Shown in pieces: positions 36,057 through 44,564 of a DNA stretch of 59,112 nt (the stretch's first letter is position 1; each line of letters starts with the position of its first letter). A model generated the notes under the pieces. That model was not told the origin of the DNA. It did no database searches and was given only the letters and a program-made list of their open reading frames with translations. The DNA lies in IMG/VR virus record IMGVR_UViG_3300022923_000017, positions 1-59,112 of that record; one strand, 5' to 3'. The DNA comes from a virus (Duplodnaviria; Caudoviricetes). Made by a program: the position numbers and the translations under genes.

Positions 36057-36526
36057 TGAATATTACTGCAATCGGATCTGGTAGAAAGAAGCGCGAGATG
36101 GCAGAGGATCTCGCGCGCTGCGCTGCTATGAAGTTAATGCCGCGGCTGCGAGATAGACTATGCATAGACATCAACCTCATTCCTCGACTGAGTCAAAAGG
36201 ATAACGTTGCTGGAGACTGTATATGGGAAGATAGTCGCACACGACCAAGAGAGTTTACAATACGAGTTGACTCAACTCAACCGCTCCAGACAATGTTAGA
36301 AACTATTGCGCATGAGATAGTACACGTAAAGCAGTTTGCTAGAGGTGAACTACAGGACACTAATTCTTTTAATTTAAGTAAATGGAAAGGCAATAATATC
36401 AATCTCAATAAGACGCATTATTACGATCTTCCGTGGGAGATTGAAGCTCATGGAAGGGAAAAAGGACTGTTCATCCGTTGGTTTGAGCAGAGCCGCTGGA
36501 AAAACTGCAAATGGGCAGAATATTAA
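36056..36526 (+). CDS. zincin-like metallopeptidase
   Basis: AHEIVHVKQ, PWEIEA. Confidence 0.75.
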   Translation: MNITAIGSGRKKREMAEDLARCAAMKLMPRLRDRLCIDINLIPRLSQKDNVAGDCIWEDSRTRPREFTIRVDSTQPLQTMLETIAHEIVHVKQFARGELQDTNSFNLSKWKGNNINLNKTHYYDLPWEIEAHGREKGLFIRWFEQSRWKNCKWAEY

Positions 36527-36538
36527 AATCTCTTTTGT

Positions 36539-36546
36539 TATAAATA
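36539..36546 (+). promoter_or_regulatory. late promoter opening the late cluster
   Basis: TATAAATA upstream of 36579. Confidence 0.75.
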
Positions 36547-36578
36547 GACTTAAGTAGCAACATTTAACTTAACACACC

Positions 36579-38135
36579 ATGGGAACAATGCTAGAATTTA
36601 AAGAATACATTACTGAAGAGCTCTCTACAGGATCTCTCGAAAAAGCCTCTGTTATAATGCTTAAGTACCTTCGCAAAGCGACTGGTAACAACAAGATTTT
36701 TGTAACTCAAGGATTAGAGAAGTTCAAAAACTCAAATGGCGCTGGGTATGGAGTAAGATTCTATGCTCCAGGCAAAAAGATTGAATCATGGAGATTCAAT
36801 TGGAAGTCTGTTGGATCAGCTAACACTAATAATCTATCTTCGATCGATCTATGGAATGGTTCATCGGCAGGACCAAACCATCATATCTCTTTTGAAGCAG
36901 ATGTATCATTAGTACAAATTCTCCCACAGCTTGCTGATATGATCAAAGCTGGAAAGGTAAAGCCTGGCAAATTTGTAACATACCCAATGGGTGCTCCTCT
37001 CAACGAAAGCCTAGAAGACGGCGAAGAATGCGAAGAGTTGAATGAAGCAGTTAATCCAGAAGATGCATATGATAATGTAGTTTCTCTTATCTCAAGCCCA
37101 GGTTTTACAAAGCAAAAGGTGTTTAAAGTTTGGAAGTCGGTTGGTATAAAAATCTTCGACGAAATGGAAGCTAGAAATCCAGCTATCATTGCAAAGGATG
37201 GAAGAAAGTACAATTGGTCTGGAAGTGCTGCAGATGTTAAGAAACTTCTTTCTCAAAGGAGCGAAATTCTATCAGCGATCGGCACAACCCGTGGTACTGT
37301 CCGCTCAGGAACTTCTAAAGAAACATACTCACATAATCCTCAGCTTGACGAATTAGAAGCAAGCCGTGAGCGATTGGATTATGAAAAGCAATTGGCTGAC
37401 TTAGAGAATCTGATTAAGATGACAATATCTGGTGCAGCGAACGCACTCTTCATTGCAGGTCGTGGTGGTATTGGTAAGACATTCACCGTTGAAAAGGTAC
37501 TAAAAGATTCAGGTTTGTCTGATGGTAATGGTTACTTTAAGAACACTGGTACAGCATCTGCTGCAGGTATCTACTCACTCTTGTTTAAGAATCAAGACGG
37601 TATTATTCTTTTTGATGATTCTGATGATGCACTGAAAGATCAAGAAGCACGTAACATTTTTAAAGCTGCTACTGATACTAAGAAGATTCGCAAGTTGGTT
37701 TGGAATAAGATGGGGAAGAACGTTGTTGAACCTGACGAATACGAAGATCCTCAAGAATTGATCGATGCCAATTTGATCCCACGTTACTTCAACTTCACGG
37801 GTAAGGTTATCTTTATCTCGAACTTGAAGATGGACAAACTTGATCCTGATGGTGCTCTTCGTACTCGAGCGTTTATGATCGAGATTGACCCTACTGAAAC
37901 TGAGATCTATGACTTCATGGAAACCATTGTTGGTAAGATCAAGTTAGATGGTAGTTTCGATCTGGACTTAAAGACACGTAAGTCAGTTGTCGACATGCTA
38001 CGTAAAGGTAAGTCTAAACAATCTGCTAATTTAAGAAAACTATCCCGTGCTTTAAACATGATGGCTGGTACTATTAAGTCTGGCGTAAGTGTCTCTGAAT
38101 CTGAACTCACTCGCATGATCGAAACATATGCTTAA
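36579..38135 (+). CDS. multidomain late protein with C-terminal AAA+/P-loop ATPase
   Basis: GRGGIGKT Walker A, ILFDDSD Walker B, ALRTR; N-terminal MLEFKEYITE. Confidence 0.75.
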   Translation: MGTMLEFKEYITEELSTGSLEKASVIMLKYLRKATGNNKIFVTQGLEKFKNSNGAGYGVRFYAPGKKIESWRFNWKSVGSANTNNLSSIDLWNGSSAGPNHHISFEADVSLVQILPQLADMIKAGKVKPGKFVTYPMGAPLNESLEDGEECEELNEAVNPEDAYDNVVSLISSPGFTKQKVFKVWKSVGIKIFDEMEARNPAIIAKDGRKYNWSGSAADVKKLLSQRSEILSAIGTTRGTVRSGTSKETYSHNPQLDELEASRERLDYEKQLADLENLIKMTISGAANALFIAGRGGIGKTFTVEKVLKDSGLSDGNGYFKNTGTASAAGIYSLLFKNQDGIILFDDSDDALKDQEARNIFKAATDTKKIRKLVWNKMGKNVVEPDEYEDPQELIDANLIPRYFNFTGKVIFISNLKMDKLDPDGALRTRAFMIEIDPTETEIYDFMETIVGKIKLDGSFDLDLKTRKSVVDMLRKGKSKQSANLRKLSRALNMMAGTIKSGVSVSESELTRMIETYA

Positions 38136-39522
38136 TACACTAAAATCCTTCCAGACGTTTCTCCTTGAAGGAACTAAGCTTGCTCCAAGTGAATTAAAGA
38201 AACCAGCAACTGGTGGGCCAAATAGCGGTACTGCTCGCACTGAGATCTTAGCGAACAAGATTCGTAAGCAAGAACCTCTTACCCTCGCAAAGGGTGGAGA
38301 ATTTCTTGTTACTGATACTTCAACAGCTCTTGCAGCTATTGAACAATTCAAAAAAGATGGTAAAGTATTCAAACTGATCGGTAAAGGTGGCTCTGAAATA
38401 TCCATATCTGATCTACTGAAAACACCAGAATTTGGTGGTGGAGCAGGAGCAGGTGGTGGTACAACTGGTACTGCAATTGGTGAATCTGCACAGTGTGTAT
38501 GGATGGCAGCAATGCTTGATATTGGTTCTGCTATGCCGATTGAAAGTTTCACTGATAAAGTTCTTACTAAAGCATTTAAGTCAGTGAGTGTTGGTAAATC
38601 TTCGCTTAAAGAGATTTTAGCAATTGACGAAGGATGGAAAGTTTCGTCTTATCTCTCTGCACAATACGCAATTAAAAATCGTATCATTGAAAAGGGAATG
38701 ACGTTTCATCGCGACGATTCTTTGATGAAGGCAATATATTCTGCTAAAAATACAGCTTTCAAGAACAACGGTTTTAAACCGCTACCTGACGATAAGTGGA
38801 ATCCTGGAGACATTTGGGTTGCTGACTCAGACTTCTCAGTAAAGGAAATATCGACTACAACTGTAGAAGATATGAACGATGATATTCTAGATCTTTATCT
38901 ACAAAAGCGTTTAGTTGGAATATCATTGAAGAAGGTTGCAAAAGGTGCACAAGGTGTAGAAAAGAATGTTGAACGTCCTCCTGAAACCGAAGACTATAAG
39001 TATAGTGCTGGTCATATTAAAGCACTAAAGCGCGGCGAGTGGTATACAACTAAAGCCAATTACATTACGCACCAAGCTGGTCAACTTGATATCCGCGATA
39101 ATAACGCATTTGGTACGCATAAAGTCGAAATCAAGGGTAAAGGCGCTCGTGGTGGTGGTGCATCTTGGGGAGTATTATCAGATGCAGCAAAGAGAATTTA
39201 TCGTACAGAGCTTCCTAAAACTTCAGCAATGAAAAAGGAAGCATTACTCATCGCTAGTGGTGATAAAAAGGCTATTGCCAAGTTTACTAAATTGCTTCAG
39301 ACCGTTGATAAGAAAATTACCGAGAAAGAAGTAGTAGAAAAACTAAATGCTATTGGTAAAAATCCTGGAATTTGGATTCACGGTAAACTCGGTGGATTGT
39401 ATGTGCTCAATCTTATTGCGAAAGGTGGCATTAAAGCTAATAAGTTTATTACGCAAATCATCAATTACGCAGGTAGTTCAACATCTGATTCTAGCTCATA
39501 TATAATCATAAAAGAAAAATAA
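38128..39522 (+). CDS. late protein with degenerate PD-(D/E)XK-like core
   Basis: ESAQC, DKWNPGDIW, VGISLKK; N-terminal LKSFQTFLLE. Confidence 0.6.
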   Translation: MLNTLKSFQTFLLEGTKLAPSELKKPATGGPNSGTARTEILANKIRKQEPLTLAKGGEFLVTDTSTALAAIEQFKKDGKVFKLIGKGGSEISISDLLKTPEFGGGAGAGGGTTGTAIGESAQCVWMAAMLDIGSAMPIESFTDKVLTKAFKSVSVGKSSLKEILAIDEGWKVSSYLSAQYAIKNRIIEKGMTFHRDDSLMKAIYSAKNTAFKNNGFKPLPDDKWNPGDIWVADSDFSVKEISTTTVEDMNDDILDLYLQKRLVGISLKKVAKGAQGVEKNVERPPETEDYKYSAGHIKALKRGEWYTTKANYITHQAGQLDIRDNNAFGTHKVEIKGKGARGGGASWGVLSDAAKRIYRTELPKTSAMKKEALLIASGDKKAIAKFTKLLQTVDKKITEKEVVEKLNAIGKNPGIWIHGKLGGLYVLNLIAKGGIKANKFITQIINYAGSSTSDSSSYIIIKEK

Positions 39523-40046
39523 TGAGTCAACTCGACGCAGCACTAAGATTCCATAGAGAGAATCAAATCCCATTAGCACATAACATTTTCCGACCACACT
39601 CGGAGAATTATTATAAACTATTTTGTCACGCAAGACAGATGAAAGAATCCGCGGTGAATCCTTTGAATGAATTCGACGAGTATCTTATGTCAACAGATAT
39701 TGGTGAGCTTGCAATGCATGAAGGTAAAGAAGTACCATTAGATCATCCATTGATTGAAGCAGAATATAAGGGTAAGGAAGTTGAATTGAACGATCCAAAG
39801 CGTGGTGGCAAAAAGAAATTTTTTGTCTACGTTAAGAATGACAAGGGGAACGTAATCAAGGTTCAGTTTGGTGACACATCTGGTCTTAAGGCTAAGATCG
39901 ATGATCCAGCAGCTCGCAAATCTTTCGCTGCTAGACACCAATGCCATTTAAAGAAAGATAAAACAAAGCCAGGCTATTGGTCCTGCAATCTTCCACGATA
40001 TGCATCACAGCTTGGTCTAAAAGGCGGAGGATCCTTTTTTTGGTAA
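39522..40046 (+). CDS. conserved hypothetical late protein, basic C-terminal domain
   Basis: KKFFVYVK..GNVIKVQFG, RKSFAARHQC, GYWSC. Confidence 0.7.
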   Translation: MSQLDAALRFHRENQIPLAHNIFRPHSENYYKLFCHARQMKESAVNPLNEFDEYLMSTDIGELAMHEGKEVPLDHPLIEAEYKGKEVELNDPKRGGKKKFFVYVKNDKGNVIKVQFGDTSGLKAKIDDPAARKSFAARHQCHLKKDKTKPGYWSCNLPRYASQLGLKGGGSFFW

Positions 40047-40047
40047 T

Positions 40048-41580
40048 ATGAGTAAACCATATACAGATAACACAAAAGGTAAAGTAAAGATTCGTACATT
40101 TGAATCTAACATTGAATCAGATGAATTGGTTTGGCACCGTGATCGAGCAGATCGTGTTATTACAATACTAGAAGGTGATGGATGGATGTTTCAAATGGAT
40201 AACGCTGTACCCTACGAGTTAAAAGAAGGTGATGTTTTAAAAATTTCAAAAATGGAATACCATAGAATTTATAAAGCAGGCGATACTAATTTAGTATTAG
40301 AAATTGAAGAGCCTAACGGCAAACCAATTAAAGAATTTAAGATGAAAACATTTAAAACATATCTAGCCGAAGCTTCCAAAGCTGGTAAGAATACTCACAT
40401 GCAACATCTTGAGGATGCAGTCATCTATGGCGGTGTCAAAGGAACGAGAGAAGCGATCTTTGCTCTCCGCTCTTTAAGAGATATGCTAGCAGGAAATAGC
40501 AATTCTTCAACTGATGTAACCGTCAAATGGGATGGAGCTCCTGCAGTTTTTGCTGGTATCGATCCAGAAGATGGCCAATTCTTTGTTGCTAAGAAAGGTA
40601 TCTTCAATAAAGATCCTAAAGTGTATAAGTCAGAAGCTGAAGTAAGAGCTGACACATCTGGCGATCTTGCAGAAAAGCTAGTGATTGCATTTAATGAATT
40701 GAAAGATCTTGGTATTAAAGACGTGATTCAAGGTGATATCATGTTTACTAAAAGTGATTTAGCAACTGAATCAATCGACGGTGAGAAGTATATAACCTTT
40801 CAGCCTAACACTATTGTTTATGCGGTACCTGCGAAATCAGCACTCGCTAAAACTATACAGAAGGCGAATCTCGGTGTTGTATGGCATACTACATACACAG
40901 GAAAAGACTTTGAATCAATGAAAGCATCCTTTAAGGTTGATTTAAAAGGCCTCAAAAAGAAAGCTTCTGTCTGGTATCAAGATGCTAACTTCAGAGATAT
41001 TTCAGGTAAAGCGACTCTATCTGCGAGCGGAACAAAACAAGTATCTGAGGCACTTGCCAAAGCTGGAAAGATATTTCAACAGATCGCGGGCTCAACTCTT
41101 AAAGAACTTGAATCCAATCAAGCTCTTGCAATTAAACTTGAGACATTCAATAATACTCTTGTTCGTAAAGGACAACGCATTGGAAATACGACTAAGCATG
41201 TTCAAGATCTTATCACATGGTTTGATGAGAAGTTTAAGAAGGAATATGAAAAACGTTCAAGCGATAAGGGCAAAGCAAACGTTACAGCAAAGCACGAAGA
41301 GGAAATGAAGTTCTTCTCAAAAGAGAATAAGAAAAACCTTGATCTAATGTACCAACTTCAGAACGCGATTGTTGATGCTAAGCTGCTTATCATAAGTAAA
41401 CTAGATCAGGTGAAACAACTTGACACATTCATTCGCACTAAGAACGGATTTAAGGTTACTGGGTCTGAAGGCTTTGTTGCAATCGATACAGCCTCTAACG
41501 GCGCAGTAAAACTGGTCGACCGCCTAGAATTTTCAACTAACAACTTTTCTCCAGATACCATTAAGGGTTGGGAGCGATAG
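40048..41580 (+). CDS. cupin-like domain fused to DUF6267-like (ligase/nucleotidyltransferase-fold) domain
   Basis: WHRD...YHR cupin pattern; internal MKTFKTYLAE at 40342; KNTHMQHLED, TVKWDGAPA, QGDIMF, EGFV, VKLVDR. Confidence 0.7.
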   Translation: MSKPYTDNTKGKVKIRTFESNIESDELVWHRDRADRVITILEGDGWMFQMDNAVPYELKEGDVLKISKMEYHRIYKAGDTNLVLEIEEPNGKPIKEFKMKTFKTYLAEASKAGKNTHMQHLEDAVIYGGVKGTREAIFALRSLRDMLAGNSNSSTDVTVKWDGAPAVFAGIDPEDGQFFVAKKGIFNKDPKVYKSEAEVRADTSGDLAEKLVIAFNELKDLGIKDVIQGDIMFTKSDLATESIDGEKYITFQPNTIVYAVPAKSALAKTIQKANLGVVWHTTYTGKDFESMKASFKVDLKGLKKKASVWYQDANFRDISGKATLSASGTKQVSEALAKAGKIFQQIAGSTLKELESNQALAIKLETFNNTLVRKGQRIGNTTKHVQDLITWFDEKFKKEYEKRSSDKGKANVTAKHEEEMKFFSKENKKNLDLMYQLQNAIVDAKLLIISKLDQVKQLDTFIRTKNGFKVTGSEGFVAIDTASNGAVKLVDRLEFSTNNFSPDTIKGWER

Positions 41581-41591
41581 TAACAAAAATA

Positions 41592-41599
41592 TATAAATA
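41592..41599 (+). promoter_or_regulatory. late promoter
   Basis: TATAAATA 5 nt before ATG 41605. Confidence 0.75.
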
Positions 41600-41604
41600 G
41601 AATT

Positions 41605-41766
41605 ATGAACAAGTTGCCGATAAATTTCAAAGACTTCCTCACTGTAGATTACACACAGCAGGCGGGAACCGATATTGATCCTGACGGCTTACTTGCGTAT
41701 CAAGCAAAAAAGCGAAAGAGTCGACTCGATGAACTATCTAAGATGAAAAAAGTCAAATCTAAATAA
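41605..41766 (+). CDS. small basic late protein (53 aa, absent from ORF track)
   Basis: MNKLPINFKDFLTVDYTQQ...AKKRKSRLDELSKMKKVKSK; stop overlaps next ATG. Confidence 0.6.
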   Translation: MNKLPINFKDFLTVDYTQQAGTDIDPDGLLAYQAKKRKSRLDELSKMKKVKSK

Positions 41767-43070
41767 TGAAATCATTTAAGCAGTTTACAGAAGCGAAGAA
41801 GAAGGAGATAGTTTTTACATTTGGTAGATTCAATCCTCCTACGGTCGGTCATGAAAAGCTCATCAAAGCTGTCATCAAGATTGCAAGCGGACGTGACTAT
41901 AAGATCTTTGCATCACAATCAAACAAGCCTGATACTGATCCTCTCAAGTACAAAGAGAAGGTATCTATCATGCGTAAGATGTTTCCTAAGTACGCTCGCA
42001 ACATCATACTTGATGAAAAGATAAAAACCGTATTCAACATCGCGGTAAAACTATATGATCAAGGCTATACTGATGTTACAATGATTGTTGGATCAGATCG
42101 CATTAAAGAATTCAAAACATTATTGAATAAGTTTAATGGTGTTAAATCTAGACACGGCTTCTATGAATTCGACACTATCACATTGCAATCGGCAGGCGAA
42201 AGAGATCCAGATGCTGATGGTGTTTCTGGAATGTCTGCTTCTAAAATGAGAGCAGCTGCAACTGATGGTGATTTTAAAGCATTCTCAAGCGGAATACCTA
42301 GAGACTACGGCGATGATATGGGGCTCTTTAATCTCCTTCGTAAAAGAATGGGACTAAAAGAAATGACGAACTTTCGGAAGCATATTCAACTTCCAACGGT
42401 TTCTGAGAAACGTGAACGGTATATTTCAGGCGCTATTTTTAACGAAGGTGATACTGTATACGCAAACGGCAATGTTGAAATTACTATCCAAGAACGTAAA
42501 TCTAATTACGTAGTATGTAGTAAAGGCAATAAGTATTTTATTCAATCGCTTGAAGAAGCACTGGAAGATGGTACAGATAAAGCAGCTGAAACCTACAAAA
42601 AGGGTACACCTGGTCAACTAAGCGAAAAACAAATTAAAGGACTTGAAAAGAAGTCGGAAGAATCTGGTATTGCGTATAGTGTCCTAAAAAGCGTATTTGA
42701 TCGCGGTATGGGAGCGTATAAGACAAGCCATCGCCCAGGAACAACACCTCAGCAGTGGGCATTTGCTCGTGTTAACTCGTTTATCTCAAAAAGCAAAGGT
42801 ACTTGGGGCGGTGCTGATAAAGACTTAGCCGCTAAAGTCAAAAAAGAATCAGTTAACGAAGGCGAAGGTAAAAGTGAAACTTGGGAAGATGGTTTTAAGC
42901 GTCGAGTAGTTAAAGTAACTAAACCTGAACACCTCGAAAGCGGCTACAAATGGCGCATCAAGGGTAAAGAACGCGATAACATTTCAATCAAATTGTATAA
43001 AGAAAAACCAAACTTCGAAGAATATAAAAAACAAATGAAAAGAGTCGCTGGACATGAATTTGGAGGGTGA
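41766..43070 (+). CDS. HxGH-family (cytidylyl/NMN-adenylyl) nucleotidyltransferase with extra C-terminal modules
   Basis: FGRFNPPTVGH, VGSDR, SAGERDPD, MSASKMR; later RGMGAY...QQWAFARVNSF module. Confidence 0.8.
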   Translation: MKSFKQFTEAKKKEIVFTFGRFNPPTVGHEKLIKAVIKIASGRDYKIFASQSNKPDTDPLKYKEKVSIMRKMFPKYARNIILDEKIKTVFNIAVKLYDQGYTDVTMIVGSDRIKEFKTLLNKFNGVKSRHGFYEFDTITLQSAGERDPDADGVSGMSASKMRAAATDGDFKAFSSGIPRDYGDDMGLFNLLRKRMGLKEMTNFRKHIQLPTVSEKRERYISGAIFNEGDTVYANGNVEITIQERKSNYVVCSKGNKYFIQSLEEALEDGTDKAAETYKKGTPGQLSEKQIKGLEKKSEESGIAYSVLKSVFDRGMGAYKTSHRPGTTPQQWAFARVNSFISKSKGTWGGADKDLAAKVKKESVNEGEGKSETWEDGFKRRVVKVTKPEHLESGYKWRIKGKERDNISIKLYKEKPNFEEYKKQMKRVAGHEFGG

Positions 43071-43076
43071 GATTTT

Positions 43077-43084
43077 TATAAATA
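43077..43084 (+). promoter_or_regulatory. late promoter
   Basis: TATAAATA upstream of 43102. Confidence 0.75.
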
Positions 43085-43101
43085 TAATAACTTAATCTTA
43101 A

Positions 43102-44193
43102 ATGGGAAACATGAAAATACTAAACACAAACACCGCTATCTATACGATTGAGCTCCATGAGGCAAAGGTTGTACCTTTCAAAAAGCTCGAACAAGCATGG
43201 ACTCGAACTAACGGAGATAAAGCAAAACAAGCAAAGCTTATTAAGAAGCATGACTTAAAGACGCTTATCTCTACAGTAAGACCTGGATCGATTAAACTTG
43301 GAGTCATGAATAAGTTGAATCACGTTAATGGAAATGCTACTGCAGCTGGTCTCGATTTAGACGGAGAGTTGATCTTCATTACGAATAATCCTGTTAAGAT
43401 CATCTATCCCAAAAAGAGCTCTCGCCGTCCTGAAGGAGAAGAGATTGAAGAAGCAGATGATGCCGCGATCGTTGAAGAGAAGGTTGAAGAGAAGAAGAGC
43501 CTCAACACGCTCCGCCTAGAGAAAGTAGCATCACTTGCGCTTAAAGAAGATGATCAAGGTTTGATTGAAGCGTTTGTTAAGACTGAGACGTTTAGTATTG
43601 ATTCGACTATAAGCGAAATCAAAGAAGCATATAAGATATTTGAAGCAAGTGCTGATTGGATCATTTATGACAAGAAAACAGGAAAGCAACTAAGCCCGTC
43701 AAAGTCTTGGAGAAAATGGCAAGGCGCTAAAATGGCTGCTGCTAAGATTGGCGGAAATGCTGAACCAGCTGACGCCGCATGGTATAACGACAATAAGGCT
43801 AAGTTGCTGGGTGAAGCTACTGATCTTGAAGAAGGTAAAATACCAAGTTCTAATATAGCTAAATTTTCAAGTCCTCAAGCTGCCAAGCGCGCTGCTTCTA
43901 AACAGAAATATATAACTCAAGTATTTATGGGAGATGATGATAAATTTTGGGTTCCTTCAACAAATAAAGAAGCAGGCCAACTAAAAAAAGATGGGTATGA
44001 AGTATACGAAGCAGCAACATGGAAGTCAGAAGGTCATTACACTGCAGATGGAAAGGAATGGACTGGTGATCAACATGAAGTTGACGGCCAAGTAATGACA
44101 GGTAAAGTACACACTGATGATAGTGTAAACTTATATCACTTTAAAGAATTATCACCGGAAGTAAGAAAGCAAGTCGCAGCTTCTTTCGAATAA
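43102..44193 (+). CDS. putative internal head polyprotein
   Basis: Basic modules separated by LHEA, IEEA, IFEA, LGEA-TDLEEG, VYEA. Confidence 0.6.
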   Translation: MGNMKILNTNTAIYTIELHEAKVVPFKKLEQAWTRTNGDKAKQAKLIKKHDLKTLISTVRPGSIKLGVMNKLNHVNGNATAAGLDLDGELIFITNNPVKIIYPKKSSRRPEGEEIEEADDAAIVEEKVEEKKSLNTLRLEKVASLALKEDDQGLIEAFVKTETFSIDSTISEIKEAYKIFEASADWIIYDKKTGKQLSPSKSWRKWQGAKMAAAKIGGNAEPADAAWYNDNKAKLLGEATDLEEGKIPSSNIAKFSSPQAAKRAASKQKYITQVFMGDDDKFWVPSTNKEAGQLKKDGYEVYEAATWKSEGHYTADGKEWTGDQHEVDGQVMTGKVHTDDSVNLYHFKELSPEVRKQVAASFE

Positions 44194-44220
44194 CCACAAA
44201 AATAGATTTAACATGGGAAT

Positions 44221-44529
44221 ATGGATGACATGAACGCAAACGAAAAAACGCGACTAGATCGAATTGAAGAAAAGATCGATAAGATGGCAGATGCTATCAT
44301 TGCTTTGGCCAGAGCCGAAGAAAAGATCTCAGCCCAAGAAGAATCAACTAGGATCATCCTCAAGAGAATGGTCGATCAAGACGACCGCTTAAGGCTGATT
44401 GAACGCGATCTATCTCACGTCGAAGATACAACTAGAACCATAAAGTCAGTTGTATGGACTATCACGACAGCAATCATTGGATCTATCGTCGCGGCATTTG
44501 TTTGGATGTTTGATATCCCAACCAATTAA
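44221..44529 (+). CDS. coiled-coil protein with C-terminal TM helix (XhlA/holin-like architecture)
   Basis: RLDRIEEKIDK heptads plus hydrophobic tail. Confidence 0.55.
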   Translation: MDDMNANEKTRLDRIEEKIDKMADAIIALARAEEKISAQEESTRIILKRMVDQDDRLRLIERDLSHVEDTTRTIKSVVWTITTAIIGSIVAAFVWMFDIPTN

Positions 44530-44536
44530 ATTTCAA

Positions 44537-44544
44537 TATAAATA
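44537..44544 (+). promoter_or_regulatory. late promoter
   Basis: TATAAATA upstream of 44565. Confidence 0.75.
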
Positions 44545-44564
44545 ACACTTTAACCAAAACAACT

